Source of the DNA: a virus
Taxonomy: Duplodnaviria > Caudoviricetes
Strand: one strand, 5' to 3'
Virus record (IMG/VR): IMGVR_UViG_3300012983_000035
Location: 1 to 64,000 of that record
DNA length: 64,000 nt
Shown: positions 1 through 8,995 of the stretch, piece after piece
How the letters are laid out: every line of letters starts with the position of its first letter
Numbering within the stretch: position 1 is the first letter of the stretch
Notes under the pieces: generated by a model
What the model saw: only the letters and a program-made list of their open reading frames with translations
Databases searched by the model: none
What the model was told of the DNA's origin: nothing
Position numbers and translations under genes: made by a program

Positions 1-123
1 AGCCTATACAAACGTTGGAACAAGCTATACTACAACCTTTACCACAATCTCCAGAACATGAACCTTTACATCCAGCACCTATATAACAACTAGAACCACA
101 TGAGTTAGAAGAGATGATAAAAA
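1..123 (-). other. Cys-rich start-less cassette A (runs off the left window edge)
   Basis: Minus strand reads IISSNSCGSSCYIGAGCKGSCSGDCGKGCSIACSNVCIG...; 91-123 is the exact reverse complement of 5620-5652 (33 nt); lies directly after terminator 125-152. Confidence 0.8.
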
Positions 124-124
124 G

Positions 125-152
125 AATCAGGGAGGAATAAACCTCCCTGATT
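125..152 (-). terminator. Intrinsic terminator between the 165..668 gene and cassette A
   Basis: aatcagggagg-aataaa-cctccctgatt hairpin, followed by a U-run on the minus strand. Confidence 0.8.
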
Positions 153-164
153 TATATAATCATA

Positions 165-668
165 CTACCATTTTGTACCTTTCATTTGTAATCCACCTAT
201 TCGTTTAGCTTTACAAGTTTTATTATCTTTAGTGTACCAGATAAAATAATCTTTATAACTATACGAACTAGTTGCAAACGTTCCTATTTCTTGCACATTT
301 GTTACTACACATACGTCTATACCTTCTACCTTAACCCATTTAACAGAATTAAACATATCAGATTCTTTCATCTGTTTTCCACCAAATGTTTCTTTAAAAG
401 CAGTCCAAAATGATCTTCTTACAGTTTTAATAGTATCACTATTTAAAATAGTCGCTCCGCTGTTTTTAATAGAATTGGCAACTTTTATTAACTTTTGTTT
501 GAATTTATCGGAAGAAAGATAGTCAGTTTGATTTTTATATTTTAAACAAGAAGCATATGCTGCCATATTTTCTTCACTCTTTACAGGATCTACATTCTCT
601 ACACTACATACAATATTTCCATTAGGATCTTTAATAGTAATAGTATTACTCATATAATTATACTCCAT
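165..668 (-). CDS. Hypothetical protein
   Basis: 167-aa ORF followed by a terminator; no recognised motif. Confidence 0.7.
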   Translation of the reverse strand: MEYNYMSNTITIKDPNGNIVCSVENVDPVKSEENMAAYASCLKYKNQTDYLSSDKFKQKLIKVANSIKNSGATILNSDTIKTVRRSFWTAFKETFGGKQMKESDMFNSVKWVKVEGIDVCVVTNVQEIGTFATSSYSYKDYFIWYTKDNKTCKAKRIGGLQMKGTKW

Positions 669-746
669 TTGATACGGTAATATAATATAATATAAATATA
701 ATCGCCCCCCCCCCCGTATCCGGAGGGAGATACGATTAGTTTAATT

Positions 747-3700
747 TTATTCTATAGTTTTCAAAAACTCATCAGCCAATCGTTTAGGATACTCTGCGAT
801 AAGTTTTTGTAAATACCCGGTATGCCAAATTGATGTAACCATACGGTTATCAATAGATATCAACGAGAATACAACATCTATATCTTTAAATTTATAATCT
901 GTAACGCGTTTTGCCATAACTTCATCATCTACTACTTGCGTAATAACGGATTTCAACGATGAGTTAACTGTGATTTTATCTCCACCACGTTTATTGGCAT
1001 CATGTTTAATGTAATATTCTATTAATACTCCACCATCTTTTGGCATCATAGAACCATTTATACTATTTCCAGAACCAGTAGGAACAGAAACCTCAAGTTC
1101 TTTTCGTTTAGCAGAAGGAATACCTGTAGCTTTTTCTTCAAACTTAATCTGTTTCTCTAATTCTTTTTTATATTGCTCAACGAATATTCTTAAAGATTCA
1201 GATAATTCTTGTGGGTCACATGTCCAATAAACTTTCATATCAGTTATATGACCTGTATAATTAGCTTCGCCTTTGTGACGTGTCAATTTATTTAATACAG
1301 TATCGTCTGCTGTACCGAGCAATTCAAGAAGACTCATATCGGCTTCTATATCTTTTTGATCTTCATAAAGAACAAGAGGATCACCATATCTAACAAAATC
1401 ATTAACCTTTACAGTTTTAACCAAGTTAGATCTAGCACCAAGAACAATTTGTTTTCGTTTAATAACAGAGTGAGCAAGTTTTTCAGATAGCGATTTAGAG
1501 ATACAAGAAGAGTCTTCCTCTGTCATCTCACCTTCAAGTACAACTACTCTAGACATTGTACCTTGGGTAAAAGCCAATTGTCCCATATGTTTCTTAAAGA
1601 AATCTTTGTTATATGTGACAATATCTCCTTTCTTAACTCTATCACCAACTTTTACATTAGCTGACAAATTGTTTGGTAAGAAGAAATCAGAGTTTCTTAC
1701 AAATCTATCACCATAATCGATTCTATCAGAAGTACCATCGTCATATTTAATTACGATAAATTTATTTACTTCATCCACACCAGCAACTACACCGCTTTTC
1801 TTAGCCTTATAACCGAAATCATCTCCAATTCTAGAAAGAACAGTTTTTTCAAAACCTGTTCCAACTATAGGGAAATCAAAATTATTAGCAGGAATAACAT
1901 GTTTAGTTTGTGAAGAAGTGAATCCAATACGTTTAGGATCATCTTTCGTAATATATGGAATAGCAGCTTCTTCAGCTGTCATAAGAACACCAGATGGTAA
2001 ACTTTGAATCTCTTTATCTGTTTCTGGACAATCTAAGAATCCACGAGTAGAAATTATTCTTGGGTTCAATGTTAATTGTCTAACAATACCTACTGTACTA
2101 TTTTCTGGATTTGATATACCAACTATACCTATCGCAGATTTAGTTTGACCACGTCTGTTCAATTTAAACGCTCTATCAGAGTTAACACCTTGAGGTCCTT
2201 TAAAGGTAATCGCTGATTGCGATCTTATTTCATTAAGAGGATTAGTTGTATCATAATTCTCAAGAACAAGAGATTTATTAAGCTTCTTAACAATATCGTC
2301 TTCAGGTATAGAGAACGAGAATCTTTGTTTTCCTTTCTGTTTATAATCTCTATAAGCAGTAGAAATAGCACTATATAAATATGCATTTAAAATTTCATAA
2401 TCTCTGATACGATAAGATCTAATATCATTAGGTGGAAGATAACTATTATCTGACAATAAACTGTTTGCATATAAGAATACTTCTAGAAACTCAGTTGGTT
2501 GTCCTAGTTCTCTTAATACTTCTACAGTTATAGGAGTCAAGAATAATTCTCTAAATGCGGTCCAACCTTTATATATTGCTCGTCCACCGAATTTATTATA
2601 AAGATAATCCAAATATACACCAATGTCATCAAGTTCAGCAAACTCGATATTATCAACGTCCATATACGCTATACCATTGAACAATAAAGCATTTTCAATA
2701 GGATATTGATTATAATATAAGATTTTATCCTTAAATCTTACCATAGCATAATCTTGGATATTTTTATCTTCTGGGAATTTATCTGTTTTTTCAAGAATCA
2801 AATAATCAACTTTACTAGCTTCGAGAAGTTTAGTGAAAGTAAATAATGATGATAAGAAAATAACGAGAGGAACTTCTTTACTCTGTAATTCAATAAGAGT
2901 ATGCATCTTTCGTTTAGGAACAGTAACAGAATTCATGAATTTATCAAAATCATCAAAGATATTATAATCTTTAATATATTTCAATATTTTTCCAGCCACA
3001 GAATCGGATGAATTAATAGCATCAACTTCTATAACTTCGTGTGTTCCAACTATTCCTATAGGAACCATATTGTTCTTGAACTCATAAGGAATCTTCAACA
3101 ATTTAATCTCATTTCTTATTTCCTGTTGATTCATATAAAAAACAACATTTGGTTTACGAGATTTTAATTCTATCTTATGAACAATCTTAGCAATATTGTC
3201 GTATTCAATAGTAGTAACAAATGCACTGTTAACGGCACTGTTATCACCTCTAACGACAGATATTTCTTTAAACTTTTCTGGTTCGCTCAATACAGCAGTA
3301 ATTATTTTAGATAGAGCAGATGTGTTTCTATTTAGCGAAGCACCTTTTCTAAAAATATGTGTCTTGTTATAATCAGATGATAAATATACTTCATCAGGAG
3401 ACGTTTTAGTAATAGGTTTAGAAATCCATTGTTTCTTCAAAACCTTTTTATTACCATTCAAATACATGAATCCATCACTATCAACTTTAGGGAATTTAAA
3501 TTTGATGGTATGTTTACGTTTATCTTCTCCCTCAAGATTAAAAGTATACAATTCCATATCATTGAATTGGTCTGAAATATCTTGTTTCTCAAAACCAACA
3601 ATATTCATAGGAATACTCTTATCTTTTGAAAAAGATTTTACAACATTTATCATATCTTTAGCCATAGTCTTATTTACATATGATTTTGTCATATCTTTCA

Positions 3701-5486
3701 ATAGACTATAATTAAAGCTATCATCTACTGTATCAAAATTTGTTTTAGTAACATCTATCTGCATAGCAGAAGTATCATTTAAGATTTCCTCAAATGTTCT
3801 ATCGTCATCAAACTTAACAGATTTATATTTATCTCTTAAAGCATCCAATCTAGCTTGTTGCTTAGGATTAAGTTTATCTTTAGGAGAATCTTGTTTTACT
3901 TGTTCAATTATTTTTTGTTTAATAAATTCTCCATTATTAGAATTCATTTCATTGATGAACTCTCTTGTATCATTTATTTCTTTATCAGCATCATTCAATT
4001 CATCTGAATAATCATCTAAACTTTCAAGATTAACGTCATCCATATTATCAAACGATAAATCTTCAGACACATCTTCTTCAGAAGAATCTGTATCATTATT
4101 AAAAGCTTTCAAATTTGATAAATCTGATTTCTTATTTGCATTATATTGAATAGAAAGTATTTTATCTAAACTTGATTTATCTTTATCAAGATTATTTGTA
4201 CTAACAGTATCTTTTGAAATAGAAACATTCTTTTCAGTTTGTGTATCAGATTCTGAAACGCTATTTTTAACAGCTTCGTCGAAATTATTATTTATAGAAA
4301 TATTAGAATCCACAGTTTCTTCAACTTTATCATCAGACACATTATCAGAGAAACTATTATCAACTTCTTGTACATCTATTTCTGAATTATTTAGACCTAT
4401 TATAGCTTTCATAGAAGCTCTAATTAATCTAAACATAGTGTCAAATTTAAATCCTTTTTCTTTAAATTCAATAGGATCTATATAGAAACCATGTGTTTCA
4501 TTGTGAATCAAAAAGATAAAGTTAGATGCATTTTTTATTTTTTCAGATAAAACACGTTTAACTATTGAGTCACTAAAAGGATTGTTATCCAACATATCAA
4601 CTATAAATTTCACTATACCTAAAGCTATACTGTCATCAACGTCTTTACGAATAGAATTAGGAATCATATTGGCTTTAGGATCAATATATTGTGAAGCAAC
4701 TCTCATATTTTTAGTACTAATAGGAATACTTATAATTACACTATCAAACATCTTAGATAAATCAGGAGTTGTGGTGGTATAGTTTTTATACAAAGTAAGT
4801 AATTCTTTATTTGTACCATAATATGATTGATAAATCATTTGTAATATTAATTCAGGCGAAGTTGGTAAAACATTCGGTCTAATTAACATTTCCTTTGTTG
4901 GATAACTAAGCTCAAATATATCTGAGAAATCAAAAACAGTATTTTTATTATTCTTAATATAGAAAGAAGCAATATTATTTTGTAATTTTGGTAAATTACG
5001 TTTAATAGTATTAACTAATTCAGGTAAATCTGTTATATGTGTTATTGTTTTACTTCCAGGTATTAATTCATTTTTATACCTGAATTTCTTTTGTCCAACA
5101 TAATTGAACATCATTCGTTTATATAACTCTTCACCAAAACAAAGTTTAACTTCATTTGATACACTGTCCCTATCAGTTACAATAGGAATAAATGCTAATC
5201 CTCTAAATTTCTTTAACAAAAGACCAGATTTATTGAATGATTGAGAAGATGAACGAAGTTTAAATAATCTACCCATACGAACTGTTGTTGGTAGAACCGG
5301 TGAATACGCTTCAGTTGAAATGGTAGGATATATCTCAGACTCAAAACAAGATTCAAAACCTTTTGTTTTTTTCTCAGAAATATATTGATTAGAAAATAAA
5401 TCTAAATCAACTACGCTTTCATTTTCATATATATCATTTGAAAAATCTAAATTATTCATAAGATTCTCCTCATTTTCAGTAGTCAT
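747..5486 (-). CDS. Multisubunit RNA polymerase beta-like subunit, probably virion RNAP, with long N-terminal extension
   Basis: Beta motifs GFMYLNG, AITFKGPQG, NPENSTVGIVRQL, DDPKRIGFTSSQTKH, EDSSCIS, GGDKIT; 1579 aa. Virion assignment is inferred from size and the presence of a second, split beta set. Confidence 0.85.
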   Translation of the reverse strand: MTTENEENLMNNLDFSNDIYENESVVDLDLFSNQYISEKKTKGFESCFESEIYPTISTEAYSPVLPTTVRMGRLFKLRSSSQSFNKSGLLLKKFRGLAFIPIVTDRDSVSNEVKLCFGEELYKRMMFNYVGQKKFRYKNELIPGSKTITHITDLPELVNTIKRNLPKLQNNIASFYIKNNKNTVFDFSDIFELSYPTKEMLIRPNVLPTSPELILQMIYQSYYGTNKELLTLYKNYTTTTPDLSKMFDSVIISIPISTKNMRVASQYIDPKANMIPNSIRKDVDDSIALGIVKFIVDMLDNNPFSDSIVKRVLSEKIKNASNFIFLIHNETHGFYIDPIEFKEKGFKFDTMFRLIRASMKAIIGLNNSEIDVQEVDNSFSDNVSDDKVEETVDSNISINNNFDEAVKNSVSESDTQTEKNVSISKDTVSTNNLDKDKSSLDKILSIQYNANKKSDLSNLKAFNNDTDSSEEDVSEDLSFDNMDDVNLESLDDYSDELNDADKEINDTREFINEMNSNNGEFIKQKIIEQVKQDSPKDKLNPKQQARLDALRDKYKSVKFDDDRTFEEILNDTSAMQIDVTKTNFDTVDDSFNYSLLKDMTKSYVNKTMAKDMINVVKSFSKDKSIPMNIVGFEKQDISDQFNDMELYTFNLEGEDKRKHTIKFKFPKVDSDGFMYLNGNKKVLKKQWISKPITKTSPDEVYLSSDYNKTHIFRKGASLNRNTSALSKIITAVLSEPEKFKEISVVRGDNSAVNSAFVTTIEYDNIAKIVHKIELKSRKPNVVFYMNQQEIRNEIKLLKIPYEFKNNMVPIGIVGTHEVIEVDAINSSDSVAGKILKYIKDYNIFDDFDKFMNSVTVPKRKMHTLIELQSKEVPLVIFLSSLFTFTKLLEASKVDYLILEKTDKFPEDKNIQDYAMVRFKDKILYYNQYPIENALLFNGIAYMDVDNIEFAELDDIGVYLDYLYNKFGGRAIYKGWTAFRELFLTPITVEVLRELGQPTEFLEVFLYANSLLSDNSYLPPNDIRSYRIRDYEILNAYLYSAISTAYRDYKQKGKQRFSFSIPEDDIVKKLNKSLVLENYDTTNPLNEIRSQSAITFKGPQGVNSDRAFKLNRRGQTKSAIGIVGISNPENSTVGIVRQLTLNPRIISTRGFLDCPETDKEIQSLPSGVLMTAEEAAIPYITKDDPKRIGFTSSQTKHVIPANNFDFPIVGTGFEKTVLSRIGDDFGYKAKKSGVVAGVDEVNKFIVIKYDDGTSDRIDYGDRFVRNSDFFLPNNLSANVKVGDRVKKGDIVTYNKDFFKKHMGQLAFTQGTMSRVVVLEGEMTEEDSSCISKSLSEKLAHSVIKRKQIVLGARSNLVKTVKVNDFVRYGDPLVLYEDQKDIEADMSLLELLGTADDTVLNKLTRHKGEANYTGHITDMKVYWTCDPQELSESLRIFVEQYKKELEKQIKFEEKATGIPSAKRKELEVSVPTGSGNSINGSMMPKDGGVLIEYYIKHDANKRGGDKITVNSSLKSVITQVVDDEVMAKRVTDYKFKDIDVVFSLISIDNRMVTSIWHTGYLQKLIAEYPKRLADEFLKTIE

Positions 5487-5591
5487 TAAATTGTCTTTTT
5501 ATATATTTTCAAAAGCAAAGACATAAAAATAATTAGATAGTAAGTCCATAGTAGGTACGCCCTGCTATGGCATATCTGTTCATATTTTTAG

Positions 5592-5624
5592 ATAACTAGG
5601 CATTTAAAGCCTAGTTATATTTTT
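5592..5624 (+). terminator. Intrinsic terminator directly upstream of cassette B
   Basis: ataactaggc-atttaaa-gcctagttat followed by attttt. Confidence 0.75.
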
Positions 5625-5909
5625 ATCATCTCTTCTAACTCATGTGGTTCTACTTGTTATAATTCATGTGCCGAAGATTGTGAAATATATTGTGGTAAAA
5701 AAGGTGGTTGTGGAGCCGGTGCTTGTACTGACGGATGTGGCGGAGGTATAAATAGTTGTGGTGCATGGAGCAACGGTTGCGATTGTTATGGTACTTGTTA
5801 TGATGGATGTTATGACTCTTGTGGACCAACAAATAGCAGCTGTTCTACTTATTGTACATCATCTTCTTCTTGTTCGGCCACAGGATTTACACAAAATAAG
5901 AAAATTTAA
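5620..5909 (+). other. Cys-rich start-less cassette B
   Basis: Open frame from 5631: SSNSCGSTCYNSCAEDCEIYCGKKGGCGAGACTDGCGGGINSCGAWSNGCDCYGTCYDGCYDSCGPTNSSCSTYCTSSSSCSATG, stop at 5907-5909. 17 Cys; no ATG/GTG/TTG start after the in-frame TAG at 5589; conserved arms at 5620-5652 and 5859-5884. Confidence 0.85.
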
Positions 5910-6900
5910 GAAAAAATGACAATTTCAAGCTTTTAAAAATTATTTTTTCTAAAAAATAAGGCAAAAATCGAAAAGTGAACTTTAGACCCACTTAGATTAA
6001 ACTCAGAGACACTTTAAGGGTAGTTAGAAGAGAGTCCAAAAAAATCGAAAGCTCAAAATGAATTTCGATTATATATTACAATAATGTATTATTATTGTAA
6101 TTTTATTGTAATATTTTATAAATTATTGTTGTTTATTGTAATACTTATAATTATTGTTTTTATAACTTATTATTTGAATTTCATACAATATTTACAATTT
6201 ACATTCGTTATCTCTTTACACAACTTAAATTTGTACTCTTAATTAATCTATTTCTATTTACATTTATAATAAGTATTACAATTCAATTTCAATTGATTCT
6301 CCTAAAAAGAATCAAAATTGAAATTGAGAATTATAGAATATATTAATTACTTGTTTACAAATATAATGTAAATGTTATTGTAATATATTGTATATTGTTC
6401 TGGGGTATTTTTCTTTTTTCTAATACCTAAAAATTGACTAAAAATCATGAATACAAGAAAAAAGAGTAAAAAAATGAAAATGCAAGTTTAAATATAGTTA
6501 CATTTAAATAAATGGTACTTATAATGTACTTAAAAAGAGGTCTTAAAAAACAAAAATCTCAAAACGATTTTCGATTATATATTATTAATAAAAAAAATCT
6601 TAATTCTTTTATTAATCTTTTTATCATTCTTTTCTTTAATCCTTTTTATCCTTTAAATCCTTTTTCTTAATCTCTTTTTTAATTCTTTATTAATAATATT
6701 TGATTATTTGGAGGTATTTTTAAAGGGTTAATATATTATATTATAATTATATTTATAATATATTTTATATAATATTTGTTTTATAATACCAAAATAACCT
6801 CTAAAATTTCAGGTTTGGATTTTCCTGAAATTTTTGGATGGAGGTTATTTTGAATGTATTTAAATTCCTTTTTCAGAAATATATTATAATTATGATAATC
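5910..6900. other. ~1 kb extremely AT-rich non-coding region with direct and inverted repeats (candidate origin/control region)
   Basis: No ORF of 60 aa or more; 27-nt direct repeat 6052-6078/6558-6584 (25/27 identical); inverted repeats ~6286-6326 and ~6791-6851; pyrimidine-rich degenerate repeats 6598-6690. Confidence 0.55.
6880..6894 (+). promoter_or_regulatory. Phage promoter motif TATATT-N7-TG
   Basis: Same spacing at 6072, 11216, 15371, 19876, 20625, 23857, 36348, 57519, 58301 and 62077, all intergenic. Confidence 0.7.
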
Positions 6901-6985
6901 TTGTATAGATAAAGTTAATTAATTAAGATAATCGATATATTAAATAGGAGGTTTGTAATATGAACAGAAATAAAAGGATTGAAAA

Positions 6986-7189
6986 ATGGGAATAGAAGAA
7001 GAGACTAACGTAAATAAAGCTATATTACTAATACCGATAATAGGAGGATTAATATACGGTATAATTAAGCTTAAAAATAAGAAATATAATACATGTGAAA
7101 TATCTTTATTTGGTAAGAAAATTAAATTAGGTAAAGATATGACATGGAAAGAATTTAAAGAATGGAAAAAACAATATAAATATTATTGA
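6986..7189 (+). CDS. Small membrane protein
   Basis: 67 aa with one hydrophobic segment (AILLIPIIGGLIYGII). Confidence 0.55.
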   Translation: MGIEEETNVNKAILLIPIIGGLIYGIIKLKNKKYNTCEISLFGKKIKLGKDMTWKEFKEWKKQYKYY

Positions 7190-7195
7190 TAAACA

Positions 7196-7227
7196 AAAGA
7201 TACGTAGGATAAAACCTACGTATCTTT
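7196..7227. terminator. Bidirectional terminator between convergent genes
   Basis: aaagatacgtagg-ataaaa-cctacgtatcttt with A/T flanks. Confidence 0.8.
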
Positions 7228-7232
7228 ATTTT

Positions 7233-7745
7233 TTATTTCTTTTTAAAAAATGGTACAGATGATAAATCTATATTTTCCATAGTCTTAGTACCATATCTAC
7301 AAAATAGATAAGATAAAAAGTTAGACATAATACATTCTATTAATTCAGAAGTAGCAAAATAAGGAATATTATCAGTTTTACAATACATATTACAATATAC
7401 TGTTAAAAGTATTGACAATATAGCTATTAATATAAAAAATACTAATAATTTTATAAGATAAGATATTTTATAAGGAGGTACTTCCGAATATTCACCAACT
7501 TCAGTAGTTGCACTTTTAGTTATACCGCGCGCGCCCTCTGCCATACCTATGAATGCTATAGCCACATTCATAGTTGTAGCTATGATTTTTATATTTATAT
7601 TTGGATACGGTAGACCCATACAATGCATGGCAAACATTGTCATTATAAATGAAATAAATAATAGATATACTATTTCAAATAGAATAACTATATCTTTCAT
7701 CTTAAAACTAATTTTTACATTTAGTTTTTCATTTGTCTTTTCCAT
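7233..7745 (-). CDS. Multi-pass membrane protein (possibly holin-like)
   Basis: 170 aa, 3-4 hydrophobic segments, basic C-terminus. Confidence 0.6.
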   Translation of the reverse strand: MEKTNEKLNVKISFKMKDIVILFEIVYLLFISFIMTMFAMHCMGLPYPNINIKIIATTMNVAIAFIGMAEGARGITKSATTEVGEYSEVPPYKISYLIKLLVFFILIAILSILLTVYCNMYCKTDNIPYFATSELIECIMSNFLSYLFCRYGTKTMENIDLSSVPFFKKK

Positions 7746-8890
7746 TCGTCTAAGCTCCTTGTTGTTCTAAGAGGATCTCTTCTAACAACTTCGTCACTAA
7801 ATTTACCAGATGATATTCTTTCATAAGATATTAATTCAGCTTTAATACCTATTAAACAACAAATTGTTGCTAAAGTGTGTTTTAAAGTTTGTTCTATATT
7901 TGAACAATTTTGATTTGTTAACATTTTATCCATACACCTTACGAAAGACTCGATATTTAACATAGATCCTACAAGATGCTCTGTTTTAATTTTTGATCTT
8001 ATATTTGAAATACATATTGAGAAATTGTCTTTAGATGGATATCCAGGAATAACCCATTTAAATATAGAATGATTAATTATACTTCGAGTATAATTTACTA
8101 TATCATAATTTCCATGCATATTTACTATCATTGAAGTTATGAATGATCTGTATTGGTTTTCATTTTTATCTATATAAGCTGATACCTGACTAAGTATTGC
8201 TAAATATTCCAACAAAGTATTTATTTCTATATCAATAAGACTAAAATCATATTGGCTTAATAGTTCTAATATAGATGGGAAATCATCATATTCTATATAA
8301 GCTTTTCCATCTACATGACTTAAAAGTTTATCTTCAATCTCAGTAGTAATATGCTTACACAAAACATTTTTTATTTCTTCATTACCGTTTACTAATACGG
8401 TATATTTTTTGAGAATATAAGTTAAAGTTCTATCTAATTCACAAGCTATTGATTTAAAATTTTCTTGATTATCTGTTATAATAGTTTCATCAACAGAATC
8501 GTCTGGTTTCGTAAATTCAGGATTATATTTATTTATTAAATTCTTGAACCAATCTTCTCCTATTATTTTAACATAATCCATACCAACTAAAACTTTTATA
8601 AATTTTCTTATCGCATCGTATGTTGTTACACATTCTGGTAAAGAATCCACATCAAAACTAAATGAGTTATCTTGATTATTTTCTGTATTAGAAAAAAGAT
8701 CTTTGAAATCTAAACTGTTTCCAAGTAGTGTGTCTATATAGTTAGAAATTTTATTTGTTATTCTATATTGACCAGGTAGTATTATTGTAAAAGGGTCATT
8801 AGGACGAGCTAGAGATTCTAACTCAACAGTTTTTATATTTCCATCTTTTACAACATGTATAGCTAAGTTGGACATAAGTGTTTCCTCCAA
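7721..8890 (-). CDS. Hypothetical protein
   Basis: 389-aa ORF. Confidence 0.75.
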   Translation of the reverse strand: MEETLMSNLAIHVVKDGNIKTVELESLARPNDPFTIILPGQYRITNKISNYIDTLLGNSLDFKDLFSNTENNQDNSFSFDVDSLPECVTTYDAIRKFIKVLVGMDYVKIIGEDWFKNLINKYNPEFTKPDDSVDETIITDNQENFKSIACELDRTLTYILKKYTVLVNGNEEIKNVLCKHITTEIEDKLLSHVDGKAYIEYDDFPSILELLSQYDFSLIDIEINTLLEYLAILSQVSAYIDKNENQYRSFITSMIVNMHGNYDIVNYTRSIINHSIFKWVIPGYPSKDNFSICISNIRSKIKTEHLVGSMLNIESFVRCMDKMLTNQNCSNIEQTLKHTLATICCLIGIKAELISYERISSGKFSDEVVRRDPLRTTRSLDEWKRQMKN

Positions 8891-8995
8891 AAATAAAAAT
8901 ATTATTCATTAGTCATGTTTTTTTATAACATATATCACATTTATATGATAAATTCTTAACAAGAAAATAAATTTTTATGTACTTTAAGGAGGTAC

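Noticed and set aside
5650-5832. His/Asn-rich 60-aa minus-strand ORF
   Set aside because: Antisense shadow of the Cys/Gly codons of cassette B.
6960-6995. 11-codon ORF behind a strong AGGAGG RBS, overlapping the 6986 start
   Set aside because: Could be a uORF or a frameshifted N-terminus, but it is too short to support.
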